From the NCBI GenBank assembly GCA_017557885.1, contig JAFYXV010000008.1, positions 66,843-130,842 of the forward strand: a DNA stretch of 64,000 nt, read 5' to 3'. The notes beneath the pieces are model-generated. The model was not told the DNA's origin and did no database searches. It saw only the letters and a list, made by a program, of their open reading frames with translations. The translations under genes and the position numbers were made by a program. Every line of letters starts with the position of its first letter. Position 1 is the first letter of the stretch. Source of the DNA: a bacterium (GTDB lineage Bacteria > Auribacterota > UBA3054). Positions 9,601 through 17,997 of the stretch are shown here, in pieces.

Positions 9601-10268
9601 AAGCGCGCGCCCTCTGCCTCCTCTTCCTCCTGGGAGGAGAAAAGGAAAGCGTAAAGGGAGGCGAACCTGTCCTGGCAGTAATCCCGGGTCATCATGAGGA
9701 TCGTGTGGAAAGGACGCGCTTCGTTGTCCTGGACTTCCGAAGAAGCCTCTTCCCCGCCGTTCTCCGCAGCCGCGGCCTCTGTTTCGTCTTCAGCTTTCTT
9801 TTCCGTGCCTTTGAAAACGTACTTCTTGCCCAGAACGTAATTCAAAATTATAACTATGGGCTGGGTGATGTATTTGGCCGCCACGCCTGGCTGGAGCACG
9901 ATAAAGGAGAAACTGCAGCCGCCCAGGACAAAAGCCAGCTGGAGATCCTGAGGCAGAAGGACCGACAGAAGTTTCGTCAGGGCGACGTCCACCACCCCGG
10001 AAAGCCCCCTGACCAAAGCGAAGCGCCAGATCTCCATGCCCAGCTCCTTGTTGTCCTTGCAGTGGGAAGCGAAGACCCAAAGCTTGTTGGAAACGTAGGC
10101 GAAGATCTTGGCGCAAACGACGGAGATGACGCCGGAAGTGGTGACGCCCACCCCCATCCGGTACAGGATGTGGTAAACGCCAACGTTGACCACGGTGGTC
10201 AGGACGCCGCAGATCAGATAAGCTATGATCTCTTTGAGGTTCTTTTTCTTTTTTTGCGCGCCAGCCAT
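6699..10268 (-). CDS. Large polytopic membrane protein with N-terminal GtrA-like domain fused to a multi-TM domain and a C-terminal soluble domain (putative polyprenyl-phosphate-sugar-dependent glycosyltransferase or polysaccharide biosynthesis protein)
   Basis: 1189 aa; N-terminus MAGAQKKKKNLKEIIAYLICGVLTTVVNVGVYHILYRMG...AKIFAYVSNKLWVF matches the GtrA family pattern; then acidic linker, more than 12 predicted TM helices and a roughly 450-aa hydrophilic C-terminal region. Confidence 0.65.
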   Translation of the reverse strand: MAGAQKKKKNLKEIIAYLICGVLTTVVNVGVYHILYRMGVGVTTSGVISVVCAKIFAYVSNKLWVFASHCKDNKELGMEIWRFALVRGLSGVVDVALTKLLSVLLPQDLQLAFVLGGCSFSFIVLQPGVAAKYITQPIVIILNYVLGKKYVFKGTEKKAEDETEAAAAENGGEEASSEVQDNEARPFHTILMMTRDYCQDRFASLYAFLFSSQEEEEAEGARFSLSDKFFAFLAFFRIMDLADWAASVFQKKNEGDAYYNDREDAYVSSLPRKSESRGVFSQGFLRGGNDLYVKIGAKLIGALVIAAAVFCLWRVSQDVYRNFSMDQGHVFRQAHMFENIRDVFMSEAADRSGAAFTTLQIAYARICAKLNYALLVTPAQYSLMSLVVSACCLIVLALIQGLVGILTASTAVTIGLVFFLAGRNILQLDGGLFVLQMTLLLLILTSYCASLKSYQSGYKYYLFRCLLISLLAGFPGAMPSFAFLCLILIFLTQIIGIIWNARQKSFASFAVLVVSRLLPLLLPIASIYFFCGTLDPTKFEVNGNFWIASSPNPFLVTHWLNNTEFLCGLSVVLGILLMWLTDLKRCGLYGILSTVLFYFYLRVSELNPGTAGYASTVFLAAAIGQGGILIGRFATLCARLLSRFLGNPRLRPLAAMLIVLPLVAFLFGYRRSSYELEGSDLSDVMEKVCQVLDSQENGFRSGDFIVLPGMGKSEEGSLGLSSLYDVLRYEQRRKLSRKWVFLENNDYLSADERFLGETGYAWWFISTIGRPDFNSISDICSVMAVNDTTALLRSVEKVHSPQQLAAMTLALAECVRSAWSEDALYEISPQLLYLPPLSQDDYSVISIRKAYRKWIVKGLEGASEDELKKSRNCIGRFFFCVKTGNRQGARAYFEMLKNETPDPWLLFDVYYKAGGLIPFIAPSQFKANYGFADENFRAFTETFDKIYLNRPENAIFVKEWDTFKKSMDARGDLPASESAQKEMGGIITNSLPRHAVIVFEGAEQLMNGYFIKGLGEWRAESEKEEKLPATFLLTPGFKLSEQGEPGGKAGASVRMMLPPGVYAASAYARIPEGREAPTEVSMRFRQRGDTDSQVKKWRTLCGQWTQEHLIITNSSENISFFCLESENVASPGAVEFTDVSFRRIDGEYSENWKRDPLNWAIRRKKDGAALLLEEKERQHVRENELNEVM

Positions 10269-10406
10269 AATCGGAATGTCTTTTCTTTCTAATCAGCAAT
10301 AAGAATTTTACCACAAATCCCTCCCAACTCCCAAGGAAGGGGCAGGGAGCCCTGCGCCTCCCTTGAAAAAGGAAGGCCCTTTTGCTAAACTTTTCTTCAC
10401 CACTGT

Positions 10407-10499
10407 GGAGAGATGGCTGAGTGGACGATAGCAACGGCTTGCTAAGCCGTCATACGGTGTTTAACCGTATCGAGGGTTCGAATCCCTCTCTCTCCGCCA
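10407..10499 (+). tRNA. tRNA-Ser (anticodon GCT)
   Basis: Acceptor stem GGAGAGA/TCTCTCC, anticodon loop TTGCTAA, long variable arm, T-loop TTCGAAT, encoded CCA; 93 nt. Confidence 0.85.
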
Positions 10500-10507
10500 C
10501 TTTTATC

Positions 10508-10543
10508 AGCCGCTTTCCTTGATCTTAAGGAGCGGCTTTTTTT
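10508..10543 (+). terminator. Rho-independent terminator after tRNA-Ser
   Basis: AGCCGCT...AGCGGCT hairpin followed by T7. Confidence 0.5.
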
Positions 10544-10563
10544 AACCTTCATTTTAAAGCGCT

Positions 10564-11457
10564 ATGTTTTCATTCCTGAACCGCGACCTGGACAACTACT
10601 CCCCTCCCAAGGAACGGGAGATCATGCCGTTGGGCAAGCTTCTCGCCTACGCCCAGCCTCACATCGTCCCCTATGTGGTCTACGGCGTCTGCACCGCGGT
10701 CCTGGGCAAGATAATCAACCCCTACCAGGCTTACATCTTCGCTTTCCTCCTGACGCTTCTGGTCATCGGGATCTATTATGTCAAGGGCGATTATCCGGAG
10801 CTCACCTTTAAGGGCCTGAAGTTCCGGGACTGGCTCCTGGCCTTCGCCGTAGGCGTGGTGGGCATCGTCCTTTGGATCCTTCCCTATCACTTCGCCTGGA
10901 AAGTAATGTTCGCCCGCATCCCCATTCTGGGCAACGACAACATCTACCTTTCCCTGACCTACGGCTTCCAGTTCGCGGAGGACGCTTTCCACAAAGCCTC
11001 AGGAGCGCTCGTGATGCTGCCGACGGAATATCCCGAAGCCGCTTATTCCAAGGAAGTCCTGGCGGACGGCGCCGCCAAGCTCAAGGATTTCTTCTCCCTT
11101 TCCTGCGACGCGAATTTCCTGGCCGGCTTCCTGACCTTCGTAAGGATCGCCGGCGCCTCGCTGATGGTTCCGCTTTTCGAGGAGCTTTTCAGCCGCTCCG
11201 CCCTGACCCGTTTCTGCGTGGCTGAAAAATACAAGGAAGTGCCGGTCGGCTACTACACCAAGAAGAGTTTCCTGATCGCCATCGGCTTCTTCATCCTTTC
11301 CCACCCCTGGTGGTTCGTGGCCCTGATCTGGGGCGGCCTGATCTTCTTCCTCTATTACTACAAAAAAAGCCTTCCCCTCTGCATTTTCGCCCACGGCGTG
11401 TCCAATCTTCTCCTGGGCCTTTATGTCATTGCCACCGGCAACTATTACCTTTGGTAA
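10564..11457 (+). CDS. CPBP-family (CAAX protease-like) intramembrane metalloprotease
   Basis: Multi-TM protein with the CPBP motifs EELFSRSALTRF (EExxxR) and FAHGVSNLL (FxxxH...N). Confidence 0.7.
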   Translation: MFSFLNRDLDNYSPPKEREIMPLGKLLAYAQPHIVPYVVYGVCTAVLGKIINPYQAYIFAFLLTLLVIGIYYVKGDYPELTFKGLKFRDWLLAFAVGVVGIVLWILPYHFAWKVMFARIPILGNDNIYLSLTYGFQFAEDAFHKASGALVMLPTEYPEAAYSKEVLADGAAKLKDFFSLSCDANFLAGFLTFVRIAGASLMVPLFEELFSRSALTRFCVAEKYKEVPVGYYTKKSFLIAIGFFILSHPWWFVALIWGGLIFFLYYYKKSLPLCIFAHGVSNLLLGLYVIATGNYYLW

Positions 11458-11526
11458 AGAGAAGCTGACCTAAGTAAAGATCTTCGCCTCCCGGCTATGT
11501 TTTCAGAAAGAGCCGCGGCTCTTTCC

Positions 11527-11556
11527 TTGACATTGAAACGCTCTTTTTGCTAATAT
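11527..11556 (+). promoter_or_regulatory. Putative sigma70-type promoter upstream of rho
   Basis: TTGACA - 18 nt - TAATAT, about 155 nt upstream of the rho ATG, implying a long leader. Confidence 0.4.
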
Positions 11557-11713
11557 GGCTTCAAAGAATAAGGGCGTTTCTCTTAGAACATTTTTTCCAA
11601 CGCGCCCTTCCGGCGGTCATATCCGCGCTTTTTCCCTCCCCGGTCGCCACCGCGCCGAACTTTTTCAAGAATTTCATTAGCTGCAGGCGGCCATTTATAT
11701 AACTGTTATTCAT

Positions 11714-12949
11714 ATGATCAATTACAACAACAAATTCCGTAAAGGGCGTTTTAACAAAGTGCGTCAGAACGCCAAGCCAAAGTATTACGGACGTTACAGA
11801 CATTACTCCAACCGCTTCCAAAGAGACCCCATACTGCAGGATGAAGGCTACGAGCTTACGCCGGTCTGCGGATATTACCGCCGCAATGACAAAGGCGCTG
11901 TTTTAAGGAAACAGGAGCGGGCTTTCAAGCCGGAGGAAACCGAGATCTACATCCGCCAGGAACTCTGCCGGCGCTACGGGCTCGTTCAGGGCGCCTACAT
12001 CGAAGGCGGCATGGCTGAGATAAACGGGAAAAAATGGGTCATCGAGATCGACTCAATCAACGGGCTTGTTCCCGAGATCTTCCGCTTCCGTCCCCAGCTG
12101 ACCGAGCTTCCCGCCGTGGCGCCCACGGAACGCTTCGACCTTGGCAGCACCGGTGACGAGACCATGCGCATAGTGGATCTGGTCGCTCCCATCGGCAAAG
12201 GCACCAGAGCCCTCATCGTCTCGCCTCCCAAAGCAGGCAAGACCACGATTTTGGAAAAGCTGGCCTCCTCCATAAAAGCCGTTTCCCCGGAAAGCCATGT
12301 GATCGTCCTCCTGGTGGACGAGCGCCCGGAGGAAGTCACCCATTTCCGCCGCGCTCTCCCAAACGTGGACGTATTGGCCTCCAACAACGACCAGACTCCC
12401 AGGGAACACGTGGAACTTGTGCGCGCCGTCATGGACATGGTCAAGGCCGAACTGGAGTGTTCCAAGGACATCGTGGTGCTTATGGATTCCATCACCAGGA
12501 TCGGACGGGCATTCAACCTCAACAATGTTTACAGCAACAAACTCATGTCCGGCGGCCTGGCCCCCGGCTCCATGGAGATACCCAGGCGTTTCTTCGGCAT
12601 GGCCAGGAAAATTGAGAACGGCGGCTCCCTCACGATAATCGCCACCGCGCTCATCGACACCGGCTCCCGCATGGACGAGCTGATCTTCCAGGAATTCAAA
12701 GGCACCGGCAACTGCGAAATAGTGCTCGACCGTTCTTTGGCGGACGCCCGCATTTTCCCGGCCATCAACATCAACCAGAGCGGAACGCGGCGGGAAGAGC
12801 TTCTCTACCCGGAAAAGGAATACGCCAAACTGGTGACCCTCCGCCGCGCCCTGGCGGACGAAAGCACCAAGAACGCCATTATTTCCCTGAAGGAGTCCGT
12901 CGAGCGCAACCCGAGCAACAAGGACCTTCTGGCCGCGCTAAGGGGCTGA
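11714..12949 (+). CDS. rho: Transcription termination factor Rho
   Basis: RecA-type ATPase core with Walker A PPKAGKTT and ...VLLVDERPEEVTHFRRAL...LTIIATALIDTGSRMDELIFQEFKGTGNCEIVLDRSLADARIFPAININQSGTRREELL. Confidence 0.9.
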   Translation: MINYNNKFRKGRFNKVRQNAKPKYYGRYRHYSNRFQRDPILQDEGYELTPVCGYYRRNDKGAVLRKQERAFKPEETEIYIRQELCRRYGLVQGAYIEGGMAEINGKKWVIEIDSINGLVPEIFRFRPQLTELPAVAPTERFDLGSTGDETMRIVDLVAPIGKGTRALIVSPPKAGKTTILEKLASSIKAVSPESHVIVLLVDERPEEVTHFRRALPNVDVLASNNDQTPREHVELVRAVMDMVKAELECSKDIVVLMDSITRIGRAFNLNNVYSNKLMSGGLAPGSMEIPRRFFGMARKIENGGSLTIIATALIDTGSRMDELIFQEFKGTGNCEIVLDRSLADARIFPAININQSGTRREELLYPEKEYAKLVTLRRALADESTKNAIISLKESVERNPSNKDLLAALRG

Positions 12950-12993
12950 ACGGCGCTTTTTTGTTAGAATGTAAATAAGATTAAGATAAAATC

Positions 12994-13662
12994 ATGCGCA
13001 ATATACTTTCAATTATGCTTTGCCTTGTCTTCCTCGGCGCGGCAGCCGCCGCGGCCGACGGCGTTCAGGCCCGGGTGGTGAGCCAGAAAAAAACCTCGAC
13101 CACCGTTCTTTCCGGCTACCTCCAGGAGCGATTGATCGATACGCTGAAAAATCCGGAAGGAGGCCTCTATGTAATCGTCAAGGATTCGGAAGGAGCGCTT
13201 TTCCCCTGGGTCTTATTTCCCGCGCCTTTCAGCGCCGCAAAGAAAGGCTGCGAGTATAAGGACGAATACTGCAGCATGAGCGTCAACTCTAAAAACGGGA
13301 AATACAAATTCGAATCCCGCTTCCCTCTCGAACCCTACCGGTTTTTCTTCAGCGACGGCGTCACCACCGCGGCTGTCGAGGAGACCAGCATAAAGATCAG
13401 CGGAACTTCCCAAGATCTGCCCGACGTTATCAAAGCCGGCAACGATGTCGGCATATTCATTCACGGCCCCGATAAAGGATCGCTTTTCAACACCCTGATA
13501 CAGTTTGAGCAGAAGGGCAAGAATCTCAAGGCTTCCTACAAGGAATACGGCGGCCTCATGAAGATCAATGCCGTCATTGACAAAAGAGGTTATCTGAAGC
13601 TGACCGTCAAGAACAACCCTCTGTATGAACTGATGGCGCTTATAGACAGCAAGAGCGAATAA
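12994..13662 (+). CDS. Secreted hypothetical protein
   Basis: Signal peptide [21 protein letters not shown]; no recognised domain. Confidence 0.5.
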   Translation: MRNILSIMLCLVFLGAAAAAADGVQARVVSQKKTSTTVLSGYLQERLIDTLKNPEGGLYVIVKDSEGALFPWVLFPAPFSAAKKGCEYKDEYCSMSVNSKNGKYKFESRFPLEPYRFFFSDGVTTAAVEETSIKISGTSQDLPDVIKAGNDVGIFIHGPDKGSLFNTLIQFEQKGKNLKASYKEYGGLMKINAVIDKRGYLKLTVKNNPLYELMALIDSKSE

Positions 13663-13667
13663 ACAAG

Positions 13668-14702
13668 ATGAGTTCCCTCATACGCAACATACCTCAGAAA
13701 GACGACTCCGTCGACCTGACCCTCAGGCCGCAGCGTTTCTCCGACTTCACCGGCCAGGAGAGGATCAAGGAGCAGCTGCACATTGCGGTGGAAGCCGCCA
13801 GAAGAAGAGACGAGGCCGTGGACCACATCCTGCTCTACGGCCCTCCGGGCCTGGGCAAGACCACGCTGGCCAACATCATCGCCCAGGAAAGGGGCGTCAA
13901 CATCAAGACGACCTCCGGCCCGATCATCGAGAAACCCGGCGATCTGGCAGGACTTCTGACTAACCTGGAGAACGGCGACATTCTCTTCATCGACGAGATC
14001 CACCGCCTGGATTCTTCCGTGGAAGAGTATCTCTACTCCGCCATGGAGGACTTCTTCATCGACATCATGATCGACCAGGGACCACAGGCGCGTTCGGTCA
14101 GGCTTGAACTCAAGAACTTCACGCTCATTGGCGCCACCACGAGGATGGGCAATCTCACGGCTCCCTTGAGGGAGCGCTTCGGAATTTCTTTAAGGCTGGA
14201 ATTCTACAGCGAAAAAGAGCTTTGCGAGATCGTGCGGCGCTCCGCCAGGATCCTGAAGACCGGCATCGAAGAGGAGGCCCTTTCGGAAATAGCCGGAAGA
14301 TCCAGAGGCACGCCCAGAATCGCAAACTTCCTGGTCCGAAGAGTCCGCGACTACGCCCAGGTCAAAGGCGACGGCGTCATAACGCCGAAGCTGGCCAAGG
14401 AAGCCCTGGACATGCTCAGGATAGACGAGCTTGGCCTGGACGACATGGACCACGCCTACCTGACGGCCCTCATCGAAAAATTCGGCGGCCGCCCCACCGG
14501 CGTCAACAACATCGCCGTGACCATCAGCGAGGAAGTCTCCACCATCGAGGAAGTGATAGAGCCCTACCTCATACAGCAGGGCTTCATCATGCGGACGCAG
14601 AAGGGCCGCGTCCCTCTGAAAAAAGCTTACGATCATCTTCACATGAATTACGACGGTCCCATCGCGGACGAACTTTTCAACTTCAACAACAATCAAGAAT
14701 AA
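13668..14702 (+). CDS. ruvB: Holliday junction branch-migration ATPase RuvB
   Basis: [19 protein letters not shown]...[20 protein letters not shown]...[10 protein letters not shown]; AAA+ Walker A/B. Confidence 0.95.
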   Translation: MSSLIRNIPQKDDSVDLTLRPQRFSDFTGQERIKEQLHIAVEAARRRDEAVDHILLYGPPGLGKTTLANIIAQERGVNIKTTSGPIIEKPGDLAGLLTNLENGDILFIDEIHRLDSSVEEYLYSAMEDFFIDIMIDQGPQARSVRLELKNFTLIGATTRMGNLTAPLRERFGISLRLEFYSEKELCEIVRRSARILKTGIEEEALSEIAGRSRGTPRIANFLVRRVRDYAQVKGDGVITPKLAKEALDMLRIDELGLDDMDHAYLTALIEKFGGRPTGVNNIAVTISEEVSTIEEVIEPYLIQQGFIMRTQKGRVPLKKAYDHLHMNYDGPIADELFNFNNNQE

Positions 14703-15586
14703 TGGACACTTTTGAAGGAAAACTGGTGCTCGGGCTCCCCAAGGGAAGCCTGGAGGCCGCCACCTGCGAGATATTCCGCAAAGCCGGCTACACGATCAAC
14801 ATTAGCAGCCGCTCATATTACCCCACTATCAACGACGACGACATCAAGCCCATTCTCATCCGCTCCCAGGAAATGTCCCGCTACGTGGAAGCCGGACACT
14901 TGGACTGCGGCATCTGCGGGCACGACTGGATCGTTGAGAACCAGAGCGACGTGGTGGAGATCTGCGAGATGATGTATTCCAAAGCCACCTCCAACCCGGT
15001 CAGATGGGTGCTTTGCGTCCACAACGACAGCCCCTATAAAAAGCCCGAGGATCTGGAAGGAAAGCTTATCGCCACGGAAGCCGTCAACATGACGAAGAAA
15101 TATTTCGCGGAAAAAGGCATCAACGTAAAAATAGAATTTTCCTGGGGCGCCACGGAAGTGAAGTGCCCGAACCTGGTGGACGCCATCGTCGAGCTGACGG
15201 AGACCGGCTCATCCATAAGAGCCAACAACCTCAGGATCATCGACGAGCTTACCACCTCCACCACCCGCTTCATCGCCAACAAGGAAGCGATGAAAGACCC
15301 CTTCAAGCGGACCAAGATAGAGAATCTCGCCATGCTTCTTCAGGGCGCCCTGAGAGCCCGCGACAAAGTCGGACTGAAGCTCAACGCCCCCCTTGCCAAG
15401 CTGGAGGAGATCTCCGCAAAACTTCCCTGCATGAGGGAGCCCACCATCTCTCCCCTGAAGGACAAAGACTGGGTGGCCATGGAAGTGGTCCTGGATGAAG
15501 TGACATCCAGGGACATCATCCCGCAGCTGAAATCACTGGGCGCCCAGGACATCATCGAATATCCCCTTTCCAAAGTTATTCCCTGA
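14702..15586 (+). CDS. hisG: ATP phosphoribosyltransferase (long-form HisG)
   Basis: ATG overlaps the ruvB stop (TAATG); [30 protein letters not shown]...; the track ORF from 14222 is an out-of-frame overlap with ruvB. Confidence 0.85.
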   Translation: MDTFEGKLVLGLPKGSLEAATCEIFRKAGYTINISSRSYYPTINDDDIKPILIRSQEMSRYVEAGHLDCGICGHDWIVENQSDVVEICEMMYSKATSNPVRWVLCVHNDSPYKKPEDLEGKLIATEAVNMTKKYFAEKGINVKIEFSWGATEVKCPNLVDAIVELTETGSSIRANNLRIIDELTTSTTRFIANKEAMKDPFKRTKIENLAMLLQGALRARDKVGLKLNAPLAKLEEISAKLPCMREPTISPLKDKDWVAMEVVLDEVTSRDIIPQLKSLGAQDIIEYPLSKVIP

Positions 15587-15588
15587 TC

Positions 15589-15831
15589 ATGGCTAAAGTT
15601 GATTTTGATCTGAAATACCTGGCGGACGAACTGAAGGACGTTACCTTCGTCAGCTGGTTCGTGGAGGAAGGCCAGGAGGTCAAGGAAGGCGACGACCTCT
15701 GCGAGATCGTCACCGACAAGGCTTCCCTTACTCTTTCCGTCCCCGCCGACGGCGTTATCTCCGAACTGAAATGCCAAAAGAACGACAAACTTGAGGGCGG
15801 CTCCGTCCTCCTTTCCATGGAAGTAAAATGA
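15589..15831 (+). CDS. Stand-alone lipoyl/biotinyl-attachment-domain protein (80 aa)
   Basis: EGDDLCEIVTDKASLTLSVPADGVISEL resembles the lipoyl-domain lysine motif; coupled to hisG (2-nt gap) and to the next gene (ATGA overlap). Confidence 0.5.
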   Translation: MAKVDFDLKYLADELKDVTFVSWFVEEGQEVKEGDDLCEIVTDKASLTLSVPADGVISELKCQKNDKLEGGSVLLSMEVK

Positions 15832-16781
15832 TCGTTTTTGCGGATGATTACGAAAACGGGCAGCCCATCAAACGCCAGCCGCTCTCCGAAGGGCTGGTGG
15901 CTGTCATCCTGGCCCACAACGACGAGAAGACCATCCAATCCGTCATCAAGAAAGCCTCCCGCAAATGCGAGCGCTGCCTGGTGGTGGACGACGGCTCCGA
16001 CGACAAGACCGTGGAGATAGCCAGACAGTCCAGGGCGGAGATCATCACCCACGTAAGTTCCAGGGGCATGATAGCGGCCTTCAACACCGCCGTGGCCTAC
16101 CTGAGGCCCCTCAGCTACAAATACGCCATTTTCCTCTCCGCCAGCGGGCAGCACGAGCCCGGCGACATGCACCGCTTCGTCAGGGCCGCGCAGATAAGGA
16201 ACGCCGACGTCATCTGCGGCAGCCGCGAGAAGAACAGAAGAAGCATCCCGCGTCTCACCAAATGGGCCAACAACATGGCGGACGGCTGCATCAAGTTCAA
16301 GTACGGCTACCGTCTCAACGACCCCCTTTGCAACTACCGCCTGCTCTCCAAGAAGGCCCTGGACACGCTGCCTCCCTGCAGGCACAATTATCTTCTTACC
16401 GCCCACATCCTGCGCCACGCCTACGGATTGAAACTGAGAGTGGGGCATCTGGCCGTCACAGTAGGCCACAACTACGTGACCAAGCCGGCCAGGGCCAGGA
16501 GAGACTTCAAGCAGAGCCTCTACATGTCGCTCTTCATACTCTTCACCCCCAATCCCGATCTGGAAAAGAAAGAGAAGAAGGCCGCCAGAAAACTGGCTGA
16601 GGAAAGCTCGAAACCCATCGTCAAACCGATCGACGAAACGCATAGGAAGCCCAGGAACAAAAAGCGCCGCTACGGAAACAGAAGACGCAGCGCTTCGGAC
16701 ATAAGAGCCATCAAAGACCGCATCATGGACAGCAAGAGTCCGGAAGTCCTGAAAGAGGAACAGGAAGCGAAATTCAATTAA
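15828..16781 (+). CDS. Family 2 glycosyltransferase (DPM1/GtrB-like polyprenyl-phosphate sugar synthase type) with basic C-terminal tail
   Basis: VAVILAHNDEKTI...CLVVDDGSDDKT (GT-A DxD region); C-terminal tail rich in K/R. Confidence 0.7.
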   Translation: MIVFADDYENGQPIKRQPLSEGLVAVILAHNDEKTIQSVIKKASRKCERCLVVDDGSDDKTVEIARQSRAEIITHVSSRGMIAAFNTAVAYLRPLSYKYAIFLSASGQHEPGDMHRFVRAAQIRNADVICGSREKNRRSIPRLTKWANNMADGCIKFKYGYRLNDPLCNYRLLSKKALDTLPPCRHNYLLTAHILRHAYGLKLRVGHLAVTVGHNYVTKPARARRDFKQSLYMSLFILFTPNPDLEKKEKKAARKLAEESSKPIVKPIDETHRKPRNKKRRYGNRRRSASDIRAIKDRIMDSKSPEVLKEEQEAKFN

Positions 16782-16806
16782 AAACCAAACATAAAAGAGG
16801 ATCATT

Positions 16807-17997
16807 ATGGGTAGGATCTTGATAATAGGCGCCGGCGGCGTCGGCAACGTGGCGGCGCACAAATGCGCGGCCAGAAAAGAAGTTTTCGATTACATCTGCT
16901 TGGCGAGCCGCACCAAGAGCAAATGCGACGCCATCAAGGAAAAGATCAAACGCAACGTCGGCAGAGACGACATCGTGACCGATCAAATTGACGCCGACGA
17001 CCCCAACCAGGTCGCCGCCATGATCAAAAAGCACAACGTCGAGACCGTCCTCAACGTGGCTCTCCCCTACCAGGATCTCTCCATCATGAAAGGCTGCCTC
17101 ATGGCCGGCGCCAACTACGTTGACACCGCCAACTACGAGCCCCCCGAAGAGGCGAAGTTCTGCTACAAGTGGCAGTGGGACATGCAGGATGATTTCAAGA
17201 AGGCCGGCTTGACCGCCCTTTTAGGCAGCGGCTTCGACCCGGGCGTCACCAGCGTTTTCACGGCCTACGCCCTTAAGCACGAACTCGACGAGATCCAGTA
17301 CCTCGACATCGTGGACGCCAACGCCGGCGACCACGGGCACCCCTTCGCCACCAACTTCAACCCCGAAATAAACATCCGCGAGATCACCCAGCGCGGCAAA
17401 TATTGGGAAGACGGGCAGTGGAAGGAGACCGATCCCCTTTCCGTGCACAAGACCTTCGACTTCCCCTCCATCGGCGACAAGGAAATGTACCTTATGTACC
17501 ACGAGGAGCTGGAGTCCCTCACCAAACATATCCCGACCATCAAGAGAGCCCGCTTCTGGATGACCTTCTCGGAAAACTATCTCAACCACCTCCGCGTCCT
17601 CCAGAACGTCGGCATGACCAGGATCGACGAAGTGGAATACGAAGGCCACAAGATCGTCCCATTGAAGTTCCTGAAAGCCCTCCTTCCCGACCCCGGCACC
17701 CTGGGCGTCAACTACACCGGCAAGACCTGCATCGGCTGCATCCTGGAAGGAACCAAGGACGGCAAGCCCAAGAAAGTCTTCATCTACAACGTCTGCGACC
17801 ACGCCCAGTGTTTCAAAGAAGTTGAAGCCCAGGCCGTCTCCTACACCACCGGCGTCCCCGCCATGATCGGTACATCGATGATCGTTGAGAAAAAATGGCA
17901 AGGTCCGGGCGTCTTCAACATGGAAGAGTTCGATCCCGATCCCTTCATGAACGACCTTAATCTCTACGGTCTGCCGTGGCAAATCAAGCGCTTCTAA
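16807..17997 (+). CDS. Carboxynorspermidine/carboxyspermidine dehydrogenase (saccharopine dehydrogenase family)
   Basis: N-terminal Rossmann MGRILIIGAGGVGNVAAHKCA; family-typical length; adjacent to nspC. Confidence 0.8.
   Translation: MGRILIIGAGGVGNVAAHKCAARKEVFDYICLASRTKSKCDAIKEKIKRNVGRDDIVTDQIDADDPNQVAAMIKKHNVETVLNVALPYQDLSIMKGCLMAGANYVDTANYEPPEEAKFCYKWQWDMQDDFKKAGLTALLGSGFDPGVTSVFTAYALKHELDEIQYLDIVDANAGDHGHPFATNFNPEINIREITQRGKYWEDGQWKETDPLSVHKTFDFPSIGDKEMYLMYHEELESLTKHIPTIKRARFWMTFSENYLNHLRVLQNVGMTRIDEVEYEGHKIVPLKFLKALLPDPGTLGVNYTGKTCIGCILEGTKDGKPKKVFIYNVCDHAQCFKEVEAQAVSYTTGVPAMIGTSMIVEKKWQGPGVFNMEEFDPDPFMNDLNLYGLPWQIKRF

Noticed and set aside
11561-11821. 86-aa minus-strand ORF
   Set aside because: Antisense to the rho leader and start codon; no RBS.
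14222-14701. N-terminal 160 codons of track ORF 14222..15586
   Set aside because: Out-of-frame overlap with ruvB; Arg/Pro-rich junk; hisG homology begins at ATG 14702.
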